Below the pieces are notes generated by a model. That model worked only from the letters and a program-made list of their open reading frames with translations, was not told the origin of the DNA and searched no databases. From NCBI GenBank assembly GCA_963818475.1, contig CAWFSF010000006.1, positions 1,664,001 to 1,728,000 of the forward strand: a DNA stretch of 64,000 bases. The letters are read 5' to 3'. The translations under genes and the position numbers were made by a program. Shown piece by piece: positions 53,244-62,952 of the stretch. The DNA is from Nitrospirota bacterium. Lineage in GTDB: Bacteria > Nitrospirota > UBA9217. Every line of letters starts with the position of its first letter. Positions within the stretch are counted from its first letter, which is position 1.

Positions 53244-54655
53244 TGTACTCCCAAAATGATAATGTCCTATTCTCCCAAAGTAGAAATGTCCTATTCTAAG
53301 TTACAATACCCTGATGTAATTGGAGGGTACTGTGACAGAAATGGACATGATCACTATGAGCAGGAGAGAAACAAAAAGACTGCACATTATCCACCAAGCA
53401 TTGGATAAAAGGATCACGCAGAAGACAGCTGCTGAACTTGTAGGCTTGAGCAGCAGGCAGATTCGACGGATACTCAAACGAGTACGGAAGGAGGGAGACG
53501 ACGGCATCAGTCACCGATCCCGCGGCAAAACCTCGAATCGTCGATTCCCTCAGAAGGTAAAAGACAAGGCACTCAAGCTGTATCGGGAGAAATACAGTGA
53601 TTTTGGCCCCACCTTTGCCTGCGAGAAGCTTCTTGATGTTCATGAAATCAAGCTAAGCGACGAAAAACCCTCCGTCTATGGCTTAATCAGGAAAGCATCC
53701 CTTACGAGAAGCGCAAGGGTAGAAAGCACCGGCAATGGCGCGAGAGGAAGCATCATTTTGGTGAACTGCTCCAGATGGATGGCTCCCATCATGCCTGGTT
53801 CGAAGGCCGGGGCCCTGAGAGCGTATTAATGGGATATATCGATGATGCCACAGGAACGGTGTATGGGCGCTTTTATGATTATGAGGGGACCATGCCAGCC
53901 ATGGACAGCTTCAAGCGGTATATCAAGCGCTACGGCATTCCACAGAGTGTCTATTTGGACAAGCACTCAACGTATAAATCCAATGCCAAGCAGAGCATCG
54001 AGGATGAGTTGGAAGATAGAAAACCCATGAGCCAGTTCGAAAGGAGTCTAACCGAACTCGGGGTAACGGTCATCCATGCGAATTCACCCCAGGCAAAAGG
54101 CAGGATAGAAAGAAGTTTTCGAACGCTCCAGGATCGATTGGTTAAAGAGATGAGGCTTGCCAGGGTAAACAGTGTTGTGCAGGCAAACGAATTCCTGATA
54201 AAGTATCATCCAATATACAATACGAAATTCAAAGTAAAACCCGTTTCTGCAGCCGATGTACACCAACGCGCGCTATCCATAAGGGAACTCGACAAGATCT
54301 TCTGCATTCGAGAGGAGCGTACGCTACGGAACGATTTCACCATTGCGTATAATGGCAAACTCTACCAGATCAAAGACGCCATAAAAACCCAAAAGGTTGC
54401 GGTAGAAGAACGACTCGATGGGTCTCTGCATATCACTCACAGGGGCTTGGAATTAACATACCGGGAGATCAAAACACGGCCAACGAAAGAAAACCCTAAA
54501 ACACCGGCAGTCAATAAGAAACCGACAAGTCGGTATCAACCATCAGATCATCCATGGAAGAGACTCCGCAGAGCAAATGTACAATTTCCAATTGCTTCCT
54601 AAAAGCGGACATTTCTATCTTGGTAAGAGTAGGACATTTCTACTTTGGGTTGACA
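53244..54655 (+). mobile_element. insertion sequence, IS1202 family (formerly ISNCY), 16-bp target duplication
   Basis: Ends TGT...ACA. Tandem subterminal repeats CCCAAAGTAGAAATGTCCTA on the left are inverted on the right. Perfect direct repeat CTTGCTTTTGACCTTA at 53228-53243 and 54656-54671. Confidence 0.9.
53341..54602 (+). CDS. IS1202/ISNCY-family DDE transposase (frameshift ~53666)
   Basis: N-terminal HTH (AAELVGLSSRQIRR), YSDFGPT, GELLQMDGSHHAWFE, IDDATG, YLDKHS, SPQAKGRIERSFRTLQDRL. Confidence 0.92.
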
Positions 54656-54696
54656 CTTGCTTTTGACCTTAATAGCTACAAAGGACTAACCATTAT

Positions 54697-55497
54697 ATGT
54701 TCGCGATCATCAAAAAATACCTGACCACCCCGGCGACGACGGAGTCGCTCCGGAACCTTCTCGCCGACGCCGAGGCCCGCAGGATCGAAGTCCCCCGGCT
54801 CGATCCCGCTCAATGCACCGGCTGCGGCGCCTGCGTTGCCGCCTGCCCCACGAAAGCGCTGGAATTGAATACCGCCGAATTCCTCGTACGCGGGGAACTC
54901 TGCATCCGGTGCGGAAGGTGTCTCACGGCTTGTACGCCAGGCGCGCTGGCCTATGCTTTCCGTCTGCCCGTTGCAGCGCGGGACAAGACCGCGTTCCTGC
55001 AGCGACATCGGCGCGAAGGAGGGAAATTCCTTCCCGCGGAACAGAACACCGAAAACCCGGTGATCAATCCCGATGCGAAGAGCCTGCGCTCGCTGCTCCG
55101 CCGTTCCTTCCAGTTCCGCGAGCTCGATTCGGGCTCCTGCAATGCCTGCGAGGTCGAGGTGAATATGACGACCGCGCCGCAGTACGATCTCGAGCGCTTC
55201 GGCATCGGCTCCACCGCCTCTCCCCGGTTCGCCGACGGCGTCCTGATCACCGGCCCGGTCACGCGGAACATGAAGCTCGCCTGCGAGAGGACCTATGCGG
55301 CGATCCCCGCTCCCAAGATCGTGATCGCCATGGGGAGCTGCGCCATTTCCGGAGGGATCTTTTGCGGCAACTACGCCGTTCTGGACGGCGCCGAAAACGT
55401 CATGCCCGTGGACGTCTTCATTCCCGGCTGCCCGCCCTCGCCCCAGGCCCTGATCCACGGCCTGCTCCTGGCCTCCAACGCATTGCCCAAGCGATGA
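54697..55497 (+). CDS. Ehr cluster C small subunit fused to a 2[4Fe-4S] ferredoxin (HyfH-HyfI-like)
   Basis: CTGCGACVAACP and CIRCGRCLTAC motifs, followed by DSGSCNACEVE, ASPRFAD, MGSC, IPGCPPSP. Confidence 0.9.
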   Translation: MFAIIKKYLTTPATTESLRNLLADAEARRIEVPRLDPAQCTGCGACVAACPTKALELNTAEFLVRGELCIRCGRCLTACTPGALAYAFRLPVAARDKTAFLQRHRREGGKFLPAEQNTENPVINPDAKSLRSLLRRSFQFRELDSGSCNACEVEVNMTTAPQYDLERFGIGSTASPRFADGVLITGPVTRNMKLACERTYAAIPAPKIVIAMGSCAISGGIFCGNYAVLDGAENVMPVDVFIPGCPPSPQALIHGLLLASNALPKR

Positions 55498-55515
55498 CAC
55501 CTAACCCAAAAGGCA

Positions 55516-55952
55516 TCTCTCGCAAAGCTCGCAAAGGGAACCTTGTATCCATAACTCTTTATTCATGATTCGTCATCCCCGTGGAAACGGGGATCCAGTA
55601 AAGCAAACCTTTTTTAACCGCTAATGTACGCGAATGAACGCTAATCAAAAAAGAGTACTTATTACTTTATTCGCGTTAATTAGCGTTAATCAGCGGTTCC
55701 TTCGGTTTTGACACCGTAATAAGTATCCCAGGCAAATAGACACAAAAGGGTTAAAGAAATCCTTAGTTTTTTAATGCCGCACTTTTGAGCTTTCTGTGCA
55801 TTTTGTGGCAATTTTCATTTTTTACAACTTCATCAGCCTTAAAAATCCTGGATTCCCGCCTGCGCGGGAACGACGGACTGGGGAAATGGCCTTTTAAAAC
55901 CAAGCCGCTTTTTTTTGGGTTTCCTTTGCGACCTTTGCGTGCTTTGCGAGAA
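55516..55952. repeat. nested set of inverted repeats including a CGTC-type REP pair
   Basis: Outer TCTCGCAAAG...CTTTGCGAGA; inside it CGTCATCCCCGTGGAAACGGGGATCCAG ... CTGGATTCCCGCCTGCGCGGGAACGACG; innermost 10-mer and 9-mer palindromic arms. Confidence 0.8.
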
Positions 55953-56001
55953 AATATCCTTGCCCTTTTAATCAGAATATGTTTTTCTAATATCCAATCC
56001 T

Positions 56002-57918
56002 ATGCCAATTAAAATACTCCTCATCACGCCGCCCTTCACCCAGCTCAACACCCCCTATCCTGCTTCGCCTTATTTGAAAGGATTTCTGAAGCACCATGGC
56101 TATGATGTATTTCAAGCCGACCTGAGCATCGAAGTAATGAATGCCCTTTTCTCGCAAAAAGGATTTCAAAAACTCTTCGACCACCTTTCGAGCGGCAATA
56201 AACAGCTCTCCCAAAATTCGGACCGCATCCTGAACAATAAAGATTACTATATCCAGACCGTGAACCAGGTCATGAATTTCCTGCAATACAAGGACACAAC
56301 GCTTGCACAGCGCATATGCTCTGATCATTTTCTGCCAAGGGCATCACGATTTGACCAGCTGCCTGATCTGGAATGGTCTTTTGGAAGCGTCGGAGTGAAC
56401 GACAAGGCCCGGTTCCTGGCAACTCTGTATATCGAAGATGTGGGAGATCTGATAAAAGAAGGCATAACTCCGTATTTCGGCTTCAGCCGCTATGCCGAAA
56501 AGCTGGGAATGTCCGCTCATTCTTTTGATCCGATCGACCAGGCTTTGCAACAGCCGGAGAATATCATCGAGACCTGGATGCTCGAATTATTGAAGACACA
56601 TATCGAAGAGCAGCGTCCTGATGTTGTGGGGCTGACCATTCCCTTTCCCGGGAATCTCTATGCCGCGCTCAAATGCGGACAATATGTCAAGCGGAACTAT
56701 CCTCACATCAAAGTTATCGCCGGCGGCGGTTATGTGAACACGGAACTGCGTGAGCTTTCCGAGCCTACGGTATTCAACTATGTTGACTTTATTACGCTGG
56801 ATGACGGCGAACGCCCGTTGCTGGATATTCTGGAGGTTATTGGAGGCAAACGGAAGTCCGGAGAGTTCACCAGAACGTTTACGAGAATTGGCAGTGATGT
56901 TAAATATGTGAACCGTGAAGAGGAAGCGTGTATCTCGCATAAGGACATCGGAACTCCGGACTACTCGGACCTGCCTCTCGACAAATACCTGTCACTCATC
57001 GATCTTGCCAACCCCATGCACCGCCTCTGGAGCGACGGGCGCTGGAACAAGATTACGATAGCGCATGGATGTTACTGGCATAAATGCTCGTTCTGCGACA
57101 CTACCCTCGACTATATCAATCGCTTTGACAGCGCCTCGGCCACCGTGCTGGTCGACAGGATCGAGCGCATCATCGCCCAGACAGGCCAGACCGGCTTTCA
57201 TTTTGTCGACGAGGCTGCTCCGCCTGCGGCTTTGAAAGAACTGGCCTTAGAGCTCTTGAGAAGAAAGATCAGCATTTCCTGGTGGACCAATATCCGCTTT
57301 GAACAAGCTTTTACCGAGGACCTCTGCAGGCTGCTCGCGACATCAGGCTGCATTGCCGTCACCGGCGGCTTGGAAACAGCCTCTGACAGGCTGTTGAAGC
57401 TGATGAACAAAGGCGTGACCGTTCGCCAGGCAGCCCAGGTATGCAGCAACTTAAGCAACGCCGGCATCATGGTGCATGCCTACCTCATGTACGGTTTCCC
57501 GACGCAAACTGCACAGGAGACCGTTGATTCCCTTGAGATCGTACGGCAGTTGTTCGACCAGGGGCTCATCCAATCCGCGTTCTGGCACCAGTTCACCGCC
57601 ACTGTTCACAGCGACGTTGGGATAAATCCGGAGAAATATCATGTGCAAGATCATCGAGCCGCCTGCCGGCAGGTTTGCAAAAAATGACCTGCAGCATGAA
57701 GATCCCACGCGGGTGCGACCATCAGGCCTTTACGCAGGGCCTGAACAAAGCGGTTTACAACTTCATGCACGGCATCGGCACGGATCATCCGGTTGCTGAA
57801 TGGTTTCGACTTCAAAGTGCCGGCAATATCGGTCAATCGGAATTACGTGAGACGGGCGGCAAAACAGCATCTGGCACCTTACAAAAACAAAAAAGGACGA
57901 CCTTCCGGCCGCCCTTGA
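56002..57918 (+). CDS. B12-binding radical SAM protein (frameshifts near C-terminus)
   Basis: LITPPFTQLNTPYPA, AHGCYWHKCSFCD, FHFVDEAAPP, HAYLMYGFP. The tail GCDHQAF..GLNKAVYNFMHG is in a shifted frame; the end is reconstructed. Confidence 0.85.
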
Positions 57919-57957
57919 TGATCGTTACACTTCTATTTTGGTTTGTAGGTCAGTTTT

Positions 57958-58027
57958 GTAGGGCGGGTAGAGCAAAGCGAAACCCGACAAATGCCATTGG
58001 GTTGCGCAGACGCTTAACCCAAACTAA
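57958..58027. repeat. GTAG-type REP doublet (REPIN-like)
   Basis: GTAGGGCGGGTAGAGCAAAGCGAAACCCGAC...TTGGGTTGCGCAGACGCTTAACCCAAACTA; reverse-complement near-copy of 32365-32433. Confidence 0.8.
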
Positions 58028-58242
58028 ATTTGAAAAAGCTAAACCCGTATTTGCATATTAGTTTTATTTGGCACATATTCCATTTATCGGACATTAGTCT
58101 TTTGCTCAAATCTCAATGATTTAACCAGGATGCGTCACTATATTTCTTAAATTCATTGACCACTTTTCGAATCCGTGCTACTGTATTTCGGTACCGATAA
58201 TACCTGGTTAGGCTGAAATTTGAAATTCTGAAAAGGCTGAGC

Positions 58243-58831
58243 ATGAAAGTAAAAGGCTGCCCATTTTGCGACGAAAATCTTATCTCAACGAAAGTAAAAT
58301 TTGATACTGGAAATGAAATACCGTGTAACAGATTGATTTACGAAAATGAGTCTTGTTATGCAGTATTAAAACCAGAGCAGCACTCTCATGGTGAGGCTCT
58401 GATTATTTTGAAAGTAACATGTCAGAGACATCACTGATAACATCCAGCCAGATCTATTATCAAAATTTATAATTACAACGCAAAGGATAGCTCAGGCGAT
58501 GAAGTGCTGCTTAATTAATGAGCATAACGAAAAGCCTGAAAAAATTTATACATCAACTTTATGCGATGGGATACAGCATTTGCACTTTCATTTAATACCG
58601 AGATATCCTTTTACTGAAACAGATCGTAATACATTTAGGAGAATATTCTTAAAGCGCGATGGAAAAGAAAAGGTCCAAAATGCTCTCGATATTAATGAGC
58701 TTGGGGGATATTGGTATGTCGCAGAAAGAGAAGCAAATCACAAGAATTCAGAGTATTGGCGACTTCCAAACAAAAATAAGGCAACAATATTGGAATGTTT
58801 AGCCAGTTGTATGCGTACAAAAATATGCTAA
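58243..58831 (+). CDS. HIT-family nucleotide hydrolase (frameshift ~58412), low GC
   Basis: CPFC, LIYENE, GEALII in ORF 58243; GIQHLHFHLIPR histidine triad in ORF 58499. Confidence 0.8.
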
Positions 58832-58911
58832 TACATTGTCTATCCATCGCGTGGACTCGGACGCGGGATAGATCGCCGCGCGCCGCTGTCCATATGGAAA
58901 GGGAAAATAGC

Positions 58912-59994
58912 ATGATGAACAATAGACATCGTTTTTGTGCTTTGATCACTCTTATTTTTATAATTAGCTGCAGCAGTGCATTTGCTAGGGACGACATGTA
59001 CTCAAGTGAGCAAAACTGGAGTTTCTATCTTGATAGTTGCAAAACCCTCGATAACGAATTAGATGAAGTTAAGAAACAGATGGAATCTGGGTCGGACGTT
59101 GTTTTTATAAGCTCCATTAAATTTCATTTGAAAAGGATGGCTAATTCACTTAAAGCTGTTGATCAAAAAGATATAATTCTTCAGGAAAAGCAAATGTGTG
59201 ACGATAAGGTAAAAGCATCAAAAATAATTATCGCACAAGGAGAGGAATACGAAAAGAAAATCGCTAATAAGGAACAGCAAGAAATTCGCGGTGAACATGA
59301 GAAGTCGCCCAATTATAGAAAGGCAAAAGGACTGGGATTGACCGACTATGAACATATTTCTCAGATAAAGGTTGTTATTGAAAAACTCGGCTTGGAAAAA
59401 GCCAAGAAATATTTATATATCGTAGGGTCAAATCCATTCATATATCGAATATCGCAAAAACATGGCAATTACGCTGTCTATTCAAGTGATAAACACGACT
59501 CTGTTACTAGCGGCCAAATTCTTGTGCTACCCTTGCAGGGCGAAATTGTAGAAAAGGGGGCCGCCTTGTCTGGTGATTATTACCGCCTACTTGATGTGGT
59601 TGAAGCTGCTGGCTTGGACGGATTTAAGAGAAAATTGCCTCTATTTCAGCGGTTCATATCAGACAATGAAAAAATCGGATACGGAAATCCGCCTGATGAT
59701 ATGTCTTGTCGTAAGATTATTGTTGGTAGCTGGTCATATCATAAGGTTTCGAGTGGTATAGACAAATTTGTCTTTAAAGCAAATGGAGCTCTTTCTGGAA
59801 CAACATATTCAGACGATGATCATAGAGGCGACAACTTTGTAGGAACATGGAGCATTAATAATCGAGTGTTAGAAATTAACATGGATTATCAAAATGGACG
59901 AACAACGACTATTACCGCTCGAATTATAAAGCTCACTCAGGATACATTAATAACACACATTGGTTATGAAATGTTATTTCACAAAAAGCCATAA
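58912..59994 (+). CDS. low-GC secreted hypothetical protein
   Basis: Signal peptide MMNNRHRFCALITLIFIISCSSAFA; helical N-terminal part; lipocalin-like IVGSW..F..NG...GTWSI tail. No family recognised. Confidence 0.7.
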   Translation: MMNNRHRFCALITLIFIISCSSAFARDDMYSSEQNWSFYLDSCKTLDNELDEVKKQMESGSDVVFISSIKFHLKRMANSLKAVDQKDIILQEKQMCDDKVKASKIIIAQGEEYEKKIANKEQQEIRGEHEKSPNYRKAKGLGLTDYEHISQIKVVIEKLGLEKAKKYLYIVGSNPFIYRISQKHGNYAVYSSDKHDSVTSGQILVLPLQGEIVEKGAALSGDYYRLLDVVEAAGLDGFKRKLPLFQRFISDNEKIGYGNPPDDMSCRKIIVGSWSYHKVSSGIDKFVFKANGALSGTTYSDDDHRGDNFVGTWSINNRVLEINMDYQNGRTTTITARIIKLTQDTLITHIGYEMLFHKKP

Positions 59995-59996
59995 AA

Positions 59997-60067
59997 TACT
60001 AACCAGCCGGTCCACAGCGTCGCGCCGGAAGCGGCGCGTGACCGGCGTGTTCACCTGCCCGTTAGAT
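59997..60067 (+). other. attC-like integron cassette recombination site
   Basis: TACTAAC just after the stop codon, then CAGCCGGTCCAC ... CGCGCC-GGAAGC-GGCGCG-TGACCGGC with one unpaired C, then GTT (60049) and GTTAGAT (60061). Confidence 0.55.
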
Positions 60068-60441
60068 AAACAATAGTGAACATGCCGATCATGGAGAAGG
60101 GCAGCAGTGCTCATATGCACTTAGCCCAAACCGACGAACTGCAATTCAAAACTTTGAGCAGGCAAGACGGACTGGCGCTCAAACCTCAGGGCATCACCTT
60201 CTAAACGTCTGCACACTCAATTTGTCCTGCCATCCCTAACTACCAGCAGACCATCTCATCTGATACTTTAGACTGATAAATAAGAACTATCCGAAAACGC
60301 TCTCATCCGCCTTTACTGATGGTTTTATGAAGGGAGATTTATACGCTATACTATTTAGTATCGGTCTGCGCTGGTGCCGAATTAAAGTGGGCTTTAGGCA
60401 GATGATAGAAAATAATAGATGGGTAAGAAAAAGGGGAAATC

Positions 60442-61209
60442 ATGAATACCATGCCTGAAAAGAAACGCGGGCGCCGATTCATCGTGGCCGCAGGCAGCAG
60501 TGGCCGGAACATACTATCCCTCTCGCTGCTGCTCCAACGCTTTAACTACGAGGTTTTTATTGCAAACACGGCAGCACAGGCCTTCGAACGCATTTCAGCG
60601 GACCGGCCCGCCCTGGTCTTTACCGACCTTGCCCTGCCGGACATGGGTGGTATGGACTTTTTTATGAAGCTCCGGGAAAGCCGGGACGGGAAGTCCATTC
60701 CCGTGATCTTTATGGTCCCCCCGGGAGACGCGGCAGCGGAGCACCGTTGTATGGCTTACGGTGCAGCGGGCTGTATCACAAAGCCGGTACAGGCCGAAGA
60801 GCTGTATCGGGCGGTCCAGCATGTCATAGAACCAAAACCGCGCGCCAGCATGCGCATCGGCACCCGTATGCCGGTATCGGTTGACAACCTGCCGCTTGAC
60901 TGCGGCACAAAAGAGTGCAGCATAGACTTGTCTGAGCAAGGGATGCGGGTGCCGATAGACAAACCCTATCCCAGGAATAAGCAGGTCGTCATACAGCTTC
61001 ATATGAAAGAGAGGACCATCTCGGTTGAAGGCTCGGTACGGTATTACATTCCTGCTCATTCCGGGCCTTCAGACTCGCCTGCCATGGGGCTCATGTTCTC
61101 GAGTATTGCCCCCCAGGACAAGGAGTTCATCAGAAAGTTCGTACGCGATGAGGTCGTGAGGGACGTCAACGAAGCTCTGACATCACAATATCCCTCCGTC
61201 GTTGTTTAA
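60442..61209 (+). CDS. atypical receiver domain + PilZ domain protein
   Basis: Receiver fold (VFTDLALPDMGG, ITKPV); PilZ RASMR (RxxxR) and DLSEQG (DxSxxG). Confidence 0.85.
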   Translation: MNTMPEKKRGRRFIVAAGSSGRNILSLSLLLQRFNYEVFIANTAAQAFERISADRPALVFTDLALPDMGGMDFFMKLRESRDGKSIPVIFMVPPGDAAAEHRCMAYGAAGCITKPVQAEELYRAVQHVIEPKPRASMRIGTRMPVSVDNLPLDCGTKECSIDLSEQGMRVPIDKPYPRNKQVVIQLHMKERTISVEGSVRYYIPAHSGPSDSPAMGLMFSSIAPQDKEFIRKFVRDEVVRDVNEALTSQYPSVVV

Positions 61210-62721
61210 CCTCTGCGCGAACGTGTCCACTCCCTGAAGGATTCCGTTGCTGTTCGTGTTATTGTAATTTCGATAATCATACCAGGTGATGATCGCGCCG
61301 CCCCTGCCGTCCGGTATGATCTGCGGCTCGTACTGACTGTATGCGGCAGTGCTGACGGGCACGCCGTCTGTTGTCCATTGCACGGTCCCCGATGCATTTA
61401 CGCGTTGCGCATAGATGTCCCGGATTGCCGAGCCGGCACGGCAGTCTTCCCAGGTTATAATTGCTCCGCCGCTGCCATCTGTTGTCATCTGGGGAGCGGT
61501 CTGGTCAGCGGTAGCAGCAGAAATAATCGTGCCTGCAGATCCCCATTGCACCGTCCCGCTTCCATTGATTCGTTGAGCATAAATGTCACCGCTGCTGCTC
61601 TTCCATCCGACGATTGCGCCGCCAGCCCCGTCAGCCAGGGGATGAGGCACGTACTGATAGGATGCGGCAATTGTAGAGATGCCAATGCCGTTGGTTGTCC
61701 ATTGAGCGGCGCCTGCGCTATCGATCCTTTGCGCATACATGTTCCAGGCGCCGGAGCGGTAGTCCTGCCAGACGATGATCGCGCCGCCCGCATCGTCAGT
61801 GACGATCTCGGGGAAAAGGAATTGCGGATTATTGGAAGCACTTGAGATCGCGACTCCGTTCGCGGTCCACTGCGGTACGCCGTTCCCGTCGATCCTCTGG
61901 GCATAGACCTCATACCGGCTGCCGCTCCGGTAATCATGCCAGACGACGATCGCCCCGCCGGCGCCGTCGGACACGATTTTTGGCTTTTCCTGGCCCCCTC
62001 CGGCAGTGCAGACAGCAACATTCGACGCCCATACCAGAGCACCGCTCGGGCTTATTCTCTGCGCGTAGATATCGGCTGCATTCCCGTTCCGGTAATCTTC
62101 CCACACGACGATAGCCCCGCCATTGCCGTCAGAAACGAGTTGGGGGAAATACTGTCCTCCGGCTGCCGTGGAAAGGGGAACCCCATCGGAATTCCATATT
62201 ATTTTGCCCCGGCTGTTCAAACGCTGAGCGTAGATATTTACCTGGCTGCGGTGGTCATTCCAGACAAGAATGGCGCCGCCAACTCCCTCCGCGATGAGCT
62301 GCGCGTGCAGAGGACTCACATGGTTGCCGGGGATGATGACATTCTGCGGATTCTCCTTATCCCACAGTACGACGAGATGCTTCTCATCGCTGTTCTTATC
62401 CGCTACTGTTGCTTTAATCGCACCGGTCAACGCGTCCTCGGGGACGATAGCTTTTATCTCTGAATCGCTCCAGGACACTATCGAAGCTGCCGCTGCGCCG
62501 CCGACGGTCAACACACTCGTACCCTTGTTATTACCGAATCCGAAGCCTGCTATGGTGATCGTCGCGCCTGCCTTTACCTCCGTCGGCGTAACACCAGTAA
62601 TTAACGGCTGCGATGCTGTTGCTGGCGTAGAAGGATCGGATTTCGAGCAGCCAGATGGCAGGGTAACGACAAACAATGCGAAAATGGTCAAAAACCAACC
62701 TAGCCTTTTTGGTGACATCAT
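61183..62721 (-). CDS. lipoprotein with IPT/TIG domain and DGxGGAIxxW-repeat beta-propeller
   Basis: Lipobox-like LPSGC; TIG domain (ITIAGFGFG, SWSDSEI); about six repeats of DG.GGAIVVW.DYR....IYAQRI...G..QW..NG. Confidence 0.8.
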   Translation of the reverse strand: MMSPKRLGWFLTIFALFVVTLPSGCSKSDPSTPATASQPLITGVTPTEVKAGATITIAGFGFGNNKGTSVLTVGGAAAASIVSWSDSEIKAIVPEDALTGAIKATVADKNSDEKHLVVLWDKENPQNVIIPGNHVSPLHAQLIAEGVGGAILVWNDHRSQVNIYAQRLNSRGKIIWNSDGVPLSTAAGGQYFPQLVSDGNGGAIVVWEDYRNGNAADIYAQRISPSGALVWASNVAVCTAGGGQEKPKIVSDGAGGAIVVWHDYRSGSRYEVYAQRIDGNGVPQWTANGVAISSASNNPQFLFPEIVTDDAGGAIIVWQDYRSGAWNMYAQRIDSAGAAQWTTNGIGISTIAASYQYVPHPLADGAGGAIVGWKSSSGDIYAQRINGSGTVQWGSAGTIISAATADQTAPQMTTDGSGGAIITWEDCRAGSAIRDIYAQRVNASGTVQWTTDGVPVSTAAYSQYEPQIIPDGRGGAIITWYDYRNYNNTNSNGILQGVDTFAQRLNNDGGIL

Positions 62722-62892
62722 AGTCTCCTTCGAATAAGGTTTACGACAAGCAACAGGCAAAGCACAAACATATTGCTATAACTATATAGAACTCTGATAT
62801 CGATGTAAAGGTATAATTCGAAGTAATGATGCACTATGATTCGCAAACATATATCTAAGGTTTTAGGACAAAACCCTTCAAAGTTTACTGAC

Positions 62893-62919
62893 AAAAAAGG
62901 GCGGCCTCTTGGCCGCCCT
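62893..62919 (-). terminator. intrinsic terminator after the DUF1634 gene
   Basis: Minus strand AGGGCGGCC-AAGA-GGCCGCCCT followed by a T-run. Confidence 0.8.
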
Positions 62920-62952
62920 CGGTGTTCGTTGCACTTCAGTTATGACTGGTAA

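Noticed and set aside
28082-55497. True hydrogenase-4 / formate hydrogenlyase
   Set aside because: All three large subunits lack both CxxC NiFe motifs, and no maturation or formate dehydrogenase genes are present.
16839-55952. CRISPR array
   Set aside because: The repeats are 7-10 nt tandem units in inverted arms without regularly spaced unique spacers, and there are no cas genes.
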